Shown here: positions 50,778-60,191 of the stretch, in pieces
How positions within the stretch are numbered: position 1 is the stretch's first letter
Layout of the letters: each line of letters opens with the position of its first letter
Assembly: GCA_019058365.1 (NCBI GenBank)
Contig: JAHPZE010000018.1
Location: forward strand, 1-64,000
Origin: Promethearchaeota archaeon
GTDB lineage: Archaea > Asgardarchaeota > Lokiarchaeia > Sigyniarchaeales > SOKP01
Direction of reading: 5' to 3'
DNA length: 64,000 bases
The notes under the pieces: generated by a model
Databases searched by the model: none
What the model saw: only the letters and a program-made list of their open reading frames with translations
What the model was told of the DNA's origin: nothing
Made by a program: the position numbers and the translations under genes

Positions 50778-50913
50778 GAAATATCTCAGATATCAATTAG
50801 CCTTTTACAACTTTTATTTTATTAGAATGTAACTATGGACCAATAGCTGCAATAATTGACAGATTTAATGAATAACTTTAAGAACTTTCAATTTATACCC
50901 TTCAGAATATCTC

Positions 50914-52824
50914 TCAATATTTATATTTAATTATGCTAGGCAGGGATATAATGTTGATATCTTCCATATTCCTAAATTTCCGGGTAAGAGATTCTTCAAA
51001 TGTTGTTATAATAAGTTGATTTACAAATCCTTTTTTATAAACATCGACAAGATAATCAACAATATTAATACGATTTTCTAAATTTAAATGCTCCAAGGGT
51101 TCATCAAAAATTAAGAATGGTATTTTTGTATACATTTTTAATAATACTGTTTTAATTAAAATTAACAATACCATTTTTTCTCCACCACTTATATTATCAA
51201 ACGATATTTTCTGTCTACCTTTCCTAAAAAAGGGTAAATATTTGTTATCAAAATATAATTCCCTATTCTCAAAAGGAAAAAATAATTTCCAAATATTTTT
51301 AATTTCATCAATTAAATCCTTTAAATTAATATTTCTTTGTTTACTAATAATCTCATCAATAGCTCTTTGTGTAATCTCAGTAATTAACTTACCTTTGATA
51401 TTTTTTTTATAATCTTGTTCAATTTGGAGCTTATCTTTGATTTCTTCAGCCATTTCTAATCTAGTAATTAATTCTTCTATTTCCCTTAATTTATTTTTAT
51501 ATTTCTCTTCCTTTTCCTCAATTGATTTACATTCTTTAAGAAGATCATTCTTTACTTTTTCAAAATCATCTTTTTGTGAGTTACGATATTGTAAATCTTC
51601 ATAATTCAGATCTTTGATTGATTTTATTAAATCATATAAATTTGAAATGAAATTGAATTTATCTTTTAACTTATTTTTTAAATCAATTAAAAAGTTTAAT
51701 TCTCCTTTTAAATCTGCTAATTCTTTATTCAAAATATTAGTTTGATTTAATATTTCTTGATTAATTTGTAAAAACTCATTTTTAGATAGAATTTTTTGAC
51801 AGATTGGGCAATTTAGATTTGGTTGCTCTCTAAAATTAAATTCTAAATTTTCAATTATCATTTTAACTCTATCTTTATCTTTTATTCTGAGTTCTTTTTC
51901 ATATAATTTTTCTTCAATTGAATTAATCTTGACCTTGTTTTCATCCAATTCCCTTGTTATGTTAATCCTTATCAAATCAAGGTTTTTTTTTTCTGATATA
52001 ACCTCTTTTATGTTGATTTCTTTAATATTTAGAGTATAGAAGATATCTTTATTAACGTCAAAGTAATTTTGAACTTTCTGACTTAAAAATTTGTATTCAT
52101 TATAATAACTAGATAATTCAGCAATTTTCTTCTCATTTTTAACCAATTCAGCTTCTTTTGATTTCAATTGTTCTTTTATTATATTAAGCTCTAATTTTTT
52201 TTCTTTCTGTTCTTCTTTAAGTTGAATTAAATCAAATTTTTCTTTTTTTAATTCAATATCTTTTAAAATTTTTAAATAATCTTCATTTTTTTTCTGATTT
52301 CTTTTAAAATTATTGTTTACTTCAGAAATAATTTTCTTAAATTCACTAGTTTTCCCTATTCCGATAATTGTCTCCAAATAATTGACTAATTTTTTTGAAT
52401 TTAACTGAAGAAATTCATAAACTTCACCTTCACTAGAAAAAATTATATTTTCAAAAAATACTTGGCTCGAGTCAAAGATATCTTCTAAATATCTAAGAAT
52501 CTCGTCTTTTGATTCAATTTTTTGTCCAGATTGATTTTTAATTAATCTTGAATCATATTTACCGTTAAAATTCCGAATAATTTCAAAATTTTCGTTATGG
52601 TCCTCTAATTTTAGTTTAACTTCAGTATTTCCTTTACTCCCAATTTTTTTGTACCCTTTGATATTTTTTGTTCTTACTCGCCCCAATAAACCAAAAACTA
52701 GGGCTTCTAGGAGAGAGGTTTTTCCAATTCCGTTATGACCTATAATGAAATTAACACCTTTTTCAAATCGCAGTTCTAAGGAATCATAGCATTTCCAATT
52801 CTTTAATGACAATTTATTAATCAT
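50914..52824 (-). CDS. Rad50/SbcC-like SMC-family ATPase
   Basis: GHNGIGKTS Walker A, coiled coil with CPIC zinc hook, ISGGEK signature, LIFDEP Walker B. Confidence 0.9.
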   Translation of the reverse strand: MINKLSLKNWKCYDSLELRFEKGVNFIIGHNGIGKTSLLEALVFGLLGRVRTKNIKGYKKIGSKGNTEVKLKLEDHNENFEIIRNFNGKYDSRLIKNQSGQKIESKDEILRYLEDIFDSSQVFFENIIFSSEGEVYEFLQLNSKKLVNYLETIIGIGKTSEFKKIISEVNNNFKRNQKKNEDYLKILKDIELKKEKFDLIQLKEEQKEKKLELNIIKEQLKSKEAELVKNEKKIAELSSYYNEYKFLSQKVQNYFDVNKDIFYTLNIKEINIKEVISEKKNLDLIRINITRELDENKVKINSIEEKLYEKELRIKDKDRVKMIIENLEFNFREQPNLNCPICQKILSKNEFLQINQEILNQTNILNKELADLKGELNFLIDLKNKLKDKFNFISNLYDLIKSIKDLNYEDLQYRNSQKDDFEKVKNDLLKECKSIEEKEEKYKNKLREIEELITRLEMAEEIKDKLQIEQDYKKNIKGKLITEITQRAIDEIISKQRNINLKDLIDEIKNIWKLFFPFENRELYFDNKYLPFFRKGRQKISFDNISGGEKMVLLILIKTVLLKMYTKIPFLIFDEPLEHLNLENRINIVDYLVDVYKKGFVNQLIITTFEESLTRKFRNMEDINIISLPSIIKYKY

Positions 52825-52825
52825 A

Positions 52826-53581
52826 TTATTTCACATTTTCTCCAATTTTTTTAAATTTCTTTTTTATATCTTTTCGAGAATATTTGTCTAAAAGATAATC
52901 TGTAAAAAAATCTATTATCATATTGATTTCTTTCTCATTAATTTGCATCATTATATCTTTTTTAACACCACGAAATTTCTTCGATTTATATTTAGATAAA
53001 GCCTCATTTATTAGTTTTTCAAATTCTTTAGACAAATTTAAAGCTTTCCTCTCTTGGATATCTATAACAGGAGTTTTAACTGTTTTTCCTAATAAATCTT
53101 TTCTATTAATTTCTTTTTCAAGTAAATCTTCTAATGGTAGAAGATTATCAATGATGTTTTCAATAATAATCTCAGCAGGGGCACTTAGATCTTCATCTTT
53201 TAATAATAAAGAGCTTAGATTCTTATCATCCCATACAACTATTATTCCAATTTGGTTTAGATTTTCATTAAAAAGCTTTTTATATTCAACTAATTCATTT
53301 ATATTAAGTTTAGGTTGTTTTTTATTAATTACAAAAAAAAGGTATTCCCTAGAACTTATTGAGATAATAAACGAAAAAGGTAAAACTTCAGTTGTTTCGG
53401 GTAAGAATCTAGATAAATTAATCTCTAAGACTTTTATATTATGATTTGAAGTCAACATTTCTTGTACTCTGTTAAAAAACTTTATGAAGCTATTCATTTT
53501 TTCATAATTATCAAGAAATTTACTCTCTAAATCTACTAATTCTTCAGGAGATTTAAACTGCTTTCTACTCAAATATTTCAA
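52826..53581 (-). CDS. Hypothetical protein, translationally coupled to both neighbours
   Basis: 251 aa; overlaps the upstream stop by 4 nt and ends 1 nt before the ATPase. Confidence 0.6.
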   Translation of the reverse strand: MKYLSRKQFKSPEELVDLESKFLDNYEKMNSFIKFFNRVQEMLTSNHNIKVLEINLSRFLPETTEVLPFSFIISISSREYLFFVINKKQPKLNINELVEYKKLFNENLNQIGIIVVWDDKNLSSLLLKDEDLSAPAEIIIENIIDNLLPLEDLLEKEINRKDLLGKTVKTPVIDIQERKALNLSKEFEKLINEALSKYKSKKFRGVKKDIMMQINEKEINMIIDFFTDYLLDKYSRKDIKKKFKKIGENVK

Positions 53582-54411
53582 CCTCCTTCCATTTTCTCTT
53601 TTTCAGTTCTTGCATTATAATACTCATTAGTAGACCAACTATAAAATGGTGTCAATTTAGTTTCTCTCATTTTTGGATTATTAATTTTAATATTATTCAT
53701 AAAAAAAAATCTACCAAAACCCTCTAAGTTATCAAATTTACAGCATTTAAAAACTTTGGTCATATATGATAGCGCAGTAATAGGAATTATATGCAAATTA
53801 TTAAAGACTTCACCATTCAAATCTATTCTATTTTCTTCATTTATATGATTTATTAATGCATATAAGCTAGTATCATCAGTTACAAATAATAATCCATTTG
53901 CTAAAATTCTCTCTTTTAAAATTTCTAAAGCTGCTATTAATAGTGTTAAATCATTAATTTCCACTATCTTACTAATCCCTTTTTGGTTAAGAAACATATT
54001 AGAGATCTCTTCAATTGGTTCGATTAAATTGTTATTTATGGTTTTAATATTCAAAGAATTCTTAATTAAATTAACAAAATCCATTTGATATTGTCTCGCA
54101 AGAACACTAAGATAAGGCACTTTTTCTGAAATTGTTCTTCTATATTCCTCATTAAATACTTGATTTGAGCAATAAATCTTTTGATTGCTACACTCATATA
54201 AGTTAGCTATAAAAATCTTAAAATCTTTTAAGACTTCTCTATAAGGACGTTTTATATTTTCAGTGATGCAATTTAAGTAATTAATAAAAAAATTTGTATC
54301 AAAAATCGTAGTTCTTTTGTTTTCACAGTTTCTATTGATCCTATCACATAGAGCCAAAGTTATCATCTTGAAATATATTTTGGATCTTACCCTAAAGTAT
54401 ATTATTTCCAA
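53578..54411 (-). CDS. PIN-like domain protein
   Basis: TTIFDTNFFI, QVFNEE, NDLTLLIAA, FVTDDTSL (PIN acidic residues). Confidence 0.6.
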   Translation of the reverse strand: MEIIYFRVRSKIYFKMITLALCDRINRNCENKRTTIFDTNFFINYLNCITENIKRPYREVLKDFKIFIANLYECSNQKIYCSNQVFNEEYRRTISEKVPYLSVLARQYQMDFVNLIKNSLNIKTINNNLIEPIEEISNMFLNQKGISKIVEINDLTLLIAALEILKERILANGLLFVTDDTSLYALINHINEENRIDLNGEVFNNLHIIPITALSYMTKVFKCCKFDNLEGFGRFFFMNNIKINNPKMRETKLTPFYSWSTNEYYNARTEKEKMEGG

Positions 54412-54496
54412 TTAATCACAATTAAAAAATATAAACATTTTTTCTAATTTACTTGCTTACAGCCTTCACAGGTGTAATAATTGCTATGGCTAAATT

Positions 54497-54511
54497 TTCG
54501 TGAAATAACCG
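54497..54511 (+). repeat. Site A: arm + core half-site
   Basis: TTCGTGAAA-TAACCG. Confidence 0.8.
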
Positions 54512-54637
54512 CATTAATCATAAAAGATTTTTACTTATATAATCAGAATCTTTATACATTTTTGTAATATCCTTTATTGAAGTCCCCTTTCCCCATGAAT
54601 TAAAGTTTATATTGAATACTTTTTTTAATAACAAGGT

Positions 54638-55657
54638 ATGCTTTTATTATCAATTCTATTTCTTATATTAGGATTTTTTGGGTTATATTTTGGTGCTAAG
54701 TTTGTCATAATTAGCCTTGAAAATATTGCAGATCGCTTAAATATTAGTCATATAATGGTAGGGCTAACAATTTTATCGATTGGGACTAGCTTACCTGAAA
54801 TTGCTGTTAGCATAATGGGGGGTATTGATAAGATTTTGGGTATTGATCCTTACATTGATGGAATAGTTATAGGAAATAAAGTTGGTTCTTTTTTGACTCA
54901 AATCACTTTAATTATTGGAATTTTAGCAGTAAGCCAACCGATTTTCGTTAGTAAATGGGAATTGAGAAGAGAAGGACCTATGCTTTTTATTTCTATATTG
55001 ATTTTTCTTTTTTTCTCTTTGGATGGAATTCTTACTCAATTTGAGGCACTCCTAATGATAATAATATATCTTATTTATCTAATTTTTGTAATTTGGAGTG
55101 AGAAACGTTTACAAAAAATTAAAGTAGATTCTAATTATATTGAAAAAGAACGTTTAGATGCTGTAAGTTTTGAACCAGTTAAGAGTCCTCGTAAAAAATC
55201 ATCAACACTTAGAGATATAGGTATTTTTCTTTTTGGTCTTAGTATATTAATAATTGCAGCAGAGTCCACATTACTTTCAGCGCATGATCTATCAAGAGAA
55301 TTTCACATTCCTGAAAATGTAATTGGTATATTAATTGTTGGATTTGGCACAAGTTTACCGGAACTTGTTGCTGACTTAACCGCTATTAGGAGAGGATCAT
55401 TCGGAATCGCAGTAGGGGATATATTAGGTTCCAATATATGTGATATCTTATTAGCCACAGGATCAGGCGCAATTCTAATTAATTTTAATGTTCCCCTGAT
55501 AATTCTGGTTTTTGATATGCCCGTTCTATTATTGGCGTTAATTTTACTTATTTATTTCTTATGGAGTAAGAAAATACTTAAAAGATGGGAAGGAGCTTTA
55601 TTAATCGGATTTTATGGCGTTTATGCAATTTTAAAATTAGTAATGTTTCAAATTTAA
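54638..55657 (+). CDS. Calcium/sodium antiporter (CaCA, YrbG-like)
   Basis: Two alpha repeats GTSLPE...GN/GSN; about 10 TM helices. Confidence 0.93.
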   Translation: MLLLSILFLILGFFGLYFGAKFVIISLENIADRLNISHIMVGLTILSIGTSLPEIAVSIMGGIDKILGIDPYIDGIVIGNKVGSFLTQITLIIGILAVSQPIFVSKWELRREGPMLFISILIFLFFSLDGILTQFEALLMIIIYLIYLIFVIWSEKRLQKIKVDSNYIEKERLDAVSFEPVKSPRKKSSTLRDIGIFLFGLSILIIAAESTLLSAHDLSREFHIPENVIGILIVGFGTSLPELVADLTAIRRGSFGIAVGDILGSNICDILLATGSGAILINFNVPLIILVFDMPVLLLALILLIYFLWSKKILKRWEGALLIGFYGVYAILKLVMFQI

Positions 55658-55763
55658 TCAACACCATTTTTTTTTAACGATATAAGAAAAAGATCAAAAA
55701 AGTTAAGGCAATTATTCCTCATTTTCATCAATTTCTTTGTTAGCTTCTTAAATTAAAAAATTG

Positions 55764-55778
55764 TTCGTGAAACGGTTA
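55764..55778 (+). repeat. Site B: arm + inverted core half-site
   Basis: TTCGTGAAA-CGGTTA; about 50 bp around it match the reverse complement of site G. Confidence 0.85.
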
Positions 55779-55966
55779 TAAACTAAAAAGCTAATCTTAA
55801 AGGATTTGACTATTGTGTTAAAAATCCTTATTTTTTTAAATTGATTTTAAGACTTCCGATAAATGTTGATAAATCAAAATTTAATTGGAGTAAAAATTAA
55901 TTAACATCTCTCTTTATAAAAGACTTAAATGAAACGTTTTTTATTTGTGAAAAAAGAGTAACAATT

Positions 55967-56629
55967 ATGCAAAATAAAGAATTGGATAAGATATCAAATA
56001 AACCGAATATCAACGCAACAAGGTTAGGAGTATCATCACTCGGAAGCCTCGGGGGATTGATTAGTATCGAGCATGGCATTTTTGAGACGGCTCAGGGGAA
56101 TACCCCCACATCTGGAATAATAATAAATGCAATAGCTCCAGGACATTGGTATTGGAAAGAAGGAGGAGAACTTGCTATGACAATTATTCCGAATTTTTTA
56201 ATTACCGGAATAGTTGCTATAATCATTGGTATTATCGTAATAATTTGGTCAATTAGATTTGTACAAGAAAGATATGGAGCGCTGGGGTTGTTTACTCTTA
56301 CCGTATTAACCTTATTATTCGGAGGAGGGATTGCTTTTTTTATTATTGGGATTATAATCTCTATTATTGCATTACAAATCAATAAATCTCATACATGGTG
56401 GGATATTCATCTTTCAAATAATGTAAAGAAGTATTGTACCAAATTTTGGCTTCCTTTATTTAGCATTACAATTATAATACTTGTATTTTTAGTTTTAGGA
56501 GGGATGTTAGGTGTATGGTTCTTAGAGCCAAATATTGCTACAATTTTACTGACCAATGTTGGCTTAATATCAATTGGACTAATTATCTTTACAATCATCT
56601 TTGGTTTTATACATGATATTAAGAAATAA
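55967..56629 (+). CDS. Hypothetical integral membrane protein (about 6 TM)
   Basis: EHGIFE..QGN, AMTIIPNFLITG, LLFGGG and hydrophobic helices. Confidence 0.75.
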   Translation: MQNKELDKISNKPNINATRLGVSSLGSLGGLISIEHGIFETAQGNTPTSGIIINAIAPGHWYWKEGGELAMTIIPNFLITGIVAIIIGIIVIIWSIRFVQERYGALGLFTLTVLTLLFGGGIAFFIIGIIISIIALQINKSHTWWDIHLSNNVKKYCTKFWLPLFSITIIILVFLVLGGMLGVWFLEPNIATILLTNVGLISIGLIIFTIIFGFIHDIKK

Positions 56630-56656
56630 ATCCAAAATTTAATTTTATTAAATTAT

Positions 56657-56671
56657 ATCGTAAAATAACCG
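56657..56671 (+). repeat. Site C: arm + core half-site
   Basis: ATCGTAAAA-TAACCG followed by AATAATATAATTCAA (similar to the site F flank). Confidence 0.8.
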
Positions 56672-56809
56672 AATAATATAATTCAATTATTAAAAACTTA
56701 ACTTGAATCTACATTTTATTTATTAATTTTAATTGATAATAATTCTTTAAGGAGCTTGAATTTATTACCCTAATAATTTATGTGAATATTGAAAAATTAG
56801 AAAATAAGA

Positions 56810-57115
56810 ATGAATATAATGAAGAAAAATAAAGATGAAATTCTCAATACGCTTAAAAATATAAAAAATGATATTAATCAAAGATTTCGAGTAAAAACAA
56901 TTGGATTATTTGGTTCTTTTGTTAATAATAGGCAAAAAAATACAAGTGATATTGATTTTTTAGTAGAGTTTGAAGAGGATGCAGATCTATTTCATCTTAT
57001 TGGCCTTTCACATTATTTAGAAGAGATTTTTCACACAAGAGTGGATGTTATTTCGAAACCAACTCTAAAAGAAGATTTAAAACAGCATATCCTTCAAGAG
57101 GTTATATATGAATAA
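56810..57115 (+). CDS. MNT (minimal nucleotidyltransferase) antitoxin
   Basis: GLFGSF......SDIDFLVEF, VDVI. Confidence 0.92.
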   Translation: MNIMKKNKDEILNTLKNIKNDINQRFRVKTIGLFGSFVNNRQKNTSDIDFLVEFEEDADLFHLIGLSHYLEEIFHTRVDVISKPTLKEDLKQHILQEVIYE

Positions 57116-57446
57116 AAATTTACCTATCTATTTGAAAGATATAAAGACAGCTATTATTAGTATCGAAAAATTTATTGAAGGATTGGATTTTGAACAATTT
57201 AAATTAGATGATAAAACTTCAAGTGCCGTAATTCGTAAATTTGAAATTATTGGAGAAGCTACAAAAAATGTTCCTGATGCTATTAGAAAGCAATATCCTC
57301 AAATTCCGTGGAAAGATATCACGGGAATGCGAGATAAGTTGATTCATGCTTATTCTGAAGTTGATTTAAAATTGGTTTGGACAACAATCCATCAAAGATT
57401 ACCAAATCTTAAATCTATTATTGAAAAGTTGATTGAAAAAGGATAA
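57108..57446 (+). CDS. HEPN (DUF86) RNase toxin of an MNT-HEPN TA pair
   Basis: AVIRKFEIIGEA, IPWKDITGMRDKLIHAY (RxxxxH); overlaps the MNT gene. Confidence 0.92.
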   Translation: MNKNLPIYLKDIKTAIISIEKFIEGLDFEQFKLDDKTSSAVIRKFEIIGEATKNVPDAIRKQYPQIPWKDITGMRDKLIHAYSEVDLKLVWTTIHQRLPNLKSIIEKLIEKG

Positions 57447-57521
57447 ATAGTGTATTCTCAAATTTCTAAAATATTTTATGTTTAAGGGATATTATTGAGA
57501 TGTATTCCAATATTATGTTTA

Positions 57522-57536
57522 TTCGCGAAACGGTTA
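57522..57536 (+). repeat. Site D: arm + inverted core half-site
   Basis: TTCGCGAAA-CGGTTA. Confidence 0.8.
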
Positions 57537-57751
57537 TTGCCCAAAAAAGTATAAAATTCATACTATTCTTGAAATCATGTATGGAAAAGGAAATTCAGAG
57601 CTTGTAAGAAACAATTTAATGTTGATATCCTTTAAAATAATTGGTACTTTGTTCATTCTCACTTCTTTTAATCCTAATATTTGAAAGTCGATTTTAACTT
57701 AATATTTACACTTTAGTTAAATATATATTATTTAAATTTTTTGTTATTTTC

Positions 57752-60103
57752 ATGAGTATTCTTTTTGATTTTTCATTAGATTTTGATAAAATTGAAGACT
57801 TTTTAGAAGAATCACATTATGAAGAAGCCATTGAAAGATCCTTTAAAATATTAGAAAAAGCATTAGAATTTTTGTATAATGAAGGTTTTACTAAATTGAA
57901 ATTGGATACTCAAATTCAAATTCTTAATGTTCTAAAAGATAATTATTCAGGTAAGAAATTTTATGATTTGCCTATAGGTGAAAAATTAAAAATATTTGAT
58001 GAATATAAATTTCTCTCATATTTAGATATAAATCTAGATAAAGAAGTAAACCCTAAAACACTTTTAAGATTAAATACATTAAGAGTAGATTCTACTCATC
58101 AAAAAAGAAAGATGAGTAAAGGTAATGCTTATTATAGTTATTCTGTTATCCTAAGATTTCTTGAAAAAATTGGGTATAGTTCATTATTCACTCCTGAGAA
58201 AAGTGAAGAAATGAAGAGTGAAATTAAAAAATCTATGAAAATAGATACTTTTATTCCGGAAAATCTACCCGCACGTGATTATATTGAATTTATAGGAAGA
58301 GAAAAGGAAATTAATAATATAATTAATTCACTTTTACATGAAAAAGTACATGTTCTATCAATAGATGGTATTGGGGGTGTAGGTAAGTCATCTTTAGCAT
58401 TAGAAGTAGCTTACAAATTGAAAAAAGATAAAATATTTGATGCAATAATATGGGTTACAGCTAAACAGAGTCGGCTTACTTATAAAGGCATTGAAGAAAT
58501 GGAATATACACTTGGAAATTTAGAAGATTTATTTAATGAAATACTTAAAGTTTTTGACGCAGAAGATCTTTTAAAACTTGGGAATATAGACACAAAAGAG
58601 AGGAAAGTACTCGATATTTTAAAAGAAAATCATTGTCTTTTAATAGTTGATAATTTGGAAACTATTAATGATGAAAATTTAAAAAATTTTTTAATCGATT
58701 TAAGGTTTCCAATTGAAAGCAAAGTTTTAATAACAAGTCGTAAACGATTAGGGCAAGTAGAATATGTAGTCTATCTGGAAAAATTTACTCTTGAAGATAC
58801 AAGTAAATATATAAATTCTCAATTAAAAGCTCGTGATTTTAAAAGAGGTTGTTCCGAAAATTTGATAAATGATATCCATATAAAAACGGGTGGTATACCC
58901 TTAGCAATAAAAGTGTTGATACCATGGATTATCGAAGGAAAGTTAAAGGATAGAATCGAAATTGATATTGATAAGGAAACAGATATTTTAAATTTTTGTT
59001 TTGATACCGTATATAATAAATTTTTAAGTAAAGATGCTCAAAGATTATTGTGTATATTATCTATTGCTCCAACAGAAATTTCAGAAGCTGCTTTAAGGTT
59101 TATTTCAGGATTAGATGATGAAAGCTATAATCAAGCTTTAGGAGCCTTATTGACATATTCTTTGATTAGTATTGGATTAAAAGAGAAATCGGAAGATCAT
59201 TTTTATATGCTTCCCTTGACTCAAGATTTTGGTAAAAGAGAAGCAGAAAAAAATTATCCTGATCTTAAGGAATATATTCATAAAACTTATTTAAAATTTC
59301 TAGAATTGAGTAAAAGTGAAAAGGAATCTGGCAAAAGAGTAATGGCTATAAATAAAGCGGAGGAAGCAAAGAGATTATCATCCTTAGGTGATATTGAGAA
59401 AGCCTCTCAACTCTTCAAAGAAGCTATTGGATATGACTCTAAATGTGATTATGTCCTATACTTATATGCCATATTTTGTAGAGAAAAGCAAGATTTTGGA
59501 CAAGGCAGAACATTAATTGAGAAAGCTATTAGAATCAATGAAAAAAATCCCCTATATTGGTCTGAGTATGCTACAAATTTAGAATTATACGGAGATTTTA
59601 AAAAAGCAGAAAGAATTCTTGAAAAAGCAGTAATTAAAATAAAAAAAGATAGGTATCTGATCTTAAAGTTAATATTATTAAAATCTAAATTACAGAAGAA
59701 TGAAGATGTAATAAAAACTGCTAGAGAAAATATAATTGAAAATTATCAAACGAAAAAAGACAAGTTCATTAACACATTATTGACAATAGCAATATTAGAA
59801 GGGCATTGGAGAAAAGCTTCAAAATCTATAAAGTCAGGTCGGTATGAAGAGGCAATTAGTATTCTATTAGGAGGTTTAAGTGAATTTATGGATTTTTCGC
59901 AGAAGAAATTAATATTTCCTAATAATGGGAAATTATTATGGGAAATTAAAAAAACCTACCATAAATTAGGAGACTTATCAACAATTTTAAGAAATAATGA
60001 AAAGGCAAAAGAGTATTATAGGAAATCAATTTATAAAATTGCTCTTTTTGAGGATAGAAAGAAACATAATAGAATCATTGAAAGCAAGCTATCAAAAATT
60101 TAA
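57752..60103 (+). CDS. STAND/NB-ARC NTPase with N-terminal HEPN-like domain and C-terminal TPRs (NLR/Avs-like)
   Basis: LNTLRVDSTH (RxxxxH); FIGREKE, GIGGVGKS, IIWV, LLIVDNLE, VLITSR, GGIPLAI; TPR-like helices. Confidence 0.85.
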   Translation: MSILFDFSLDFDKIEDFLEESHYEEAIERSFKILEKALEFLYNEGFTKLKLDTQIQILNVLKDNYSGKKFYDLPIGEKLKIFDEYKFLSYLDINLDKEVNPKTLLRLNTLRVDSTHQKRKMSKGNAYYSYSVILRFLEKIGYSSLFTPEKSEEMKSEIKKSMKIDTFIPENLPARDYIEFIGREKEINNIINSLLHEKVHVLSIDGIGGVGKSSLALEVAYKLKKDKIFDAIIWVTAKQSRLTYKGIEEMEYTLGNLEDLFNEILKVFDAEDLLKLGNIDTKERKVLDILKENHCLLIVDNLETINDENLKNFLIDLRFPIESKVLITSRKRLGQVEYVVYLEKFTLEDTSKYINSQLKARDFKRGCSENLINDIHIKTGGIPLAIKVLIPWIIEGKLKDRIEIDIDKETDILNFCFDTVYNKFLSKDAQRLLCILSIAPTEISEAALRFISGLDDESYNQALGALLTYSLISIGLKEKSEDHFYMLPLTQDFGKREAEKNYPDLKEYIHKTYLKFLELSKSEKESGKRVMAINKAEEAKRLSSLGDIEKASQLFKEAIGYDSKCDYVLYLYAIFCREKQDFGQGRTLIEKAIRINEKNPLYWSEYATNLELYGDFKKAERILEKAVIKIKKDRYLILKLILLKSKLQKNEDVIKTARENIIENYQTKKDKFINTLLTIAILEGHWRKASKSIKSGRYEEAISILLGGLSEFMDFSQKKLIFPNNGKLLWEIKKTYHKLGDLSTILRNNEKAKEYYRKSIYKIALFEDRKKHNRIIESKLSKI

Positions 60104-60116
60104 ATCTTAATCAATA

Positions 60117-60144
60117 ATTTCGTAAAATAACCGTTTCACGAAAA
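60117..60144. repeat. Site E: complete 11-6-11 imperfect palindrome (dif/Xer-like geometry)
   Basis: ATTTCGTAAAA-TAACCG-TTTCACGAAAA, between two convergent genes. Confidence 0.85.
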
Positions 60145-60191
60145 AATTTCACTTATTTATTCCTTTTTGGAATATACAAAAATAGATTCTA

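Noticed and set aside
50914-52824. Housekeeping Rad50
   Set aside because: Short coiled coil and no adjacent mre11/herA/nurA; not excluded without a phylogeny.
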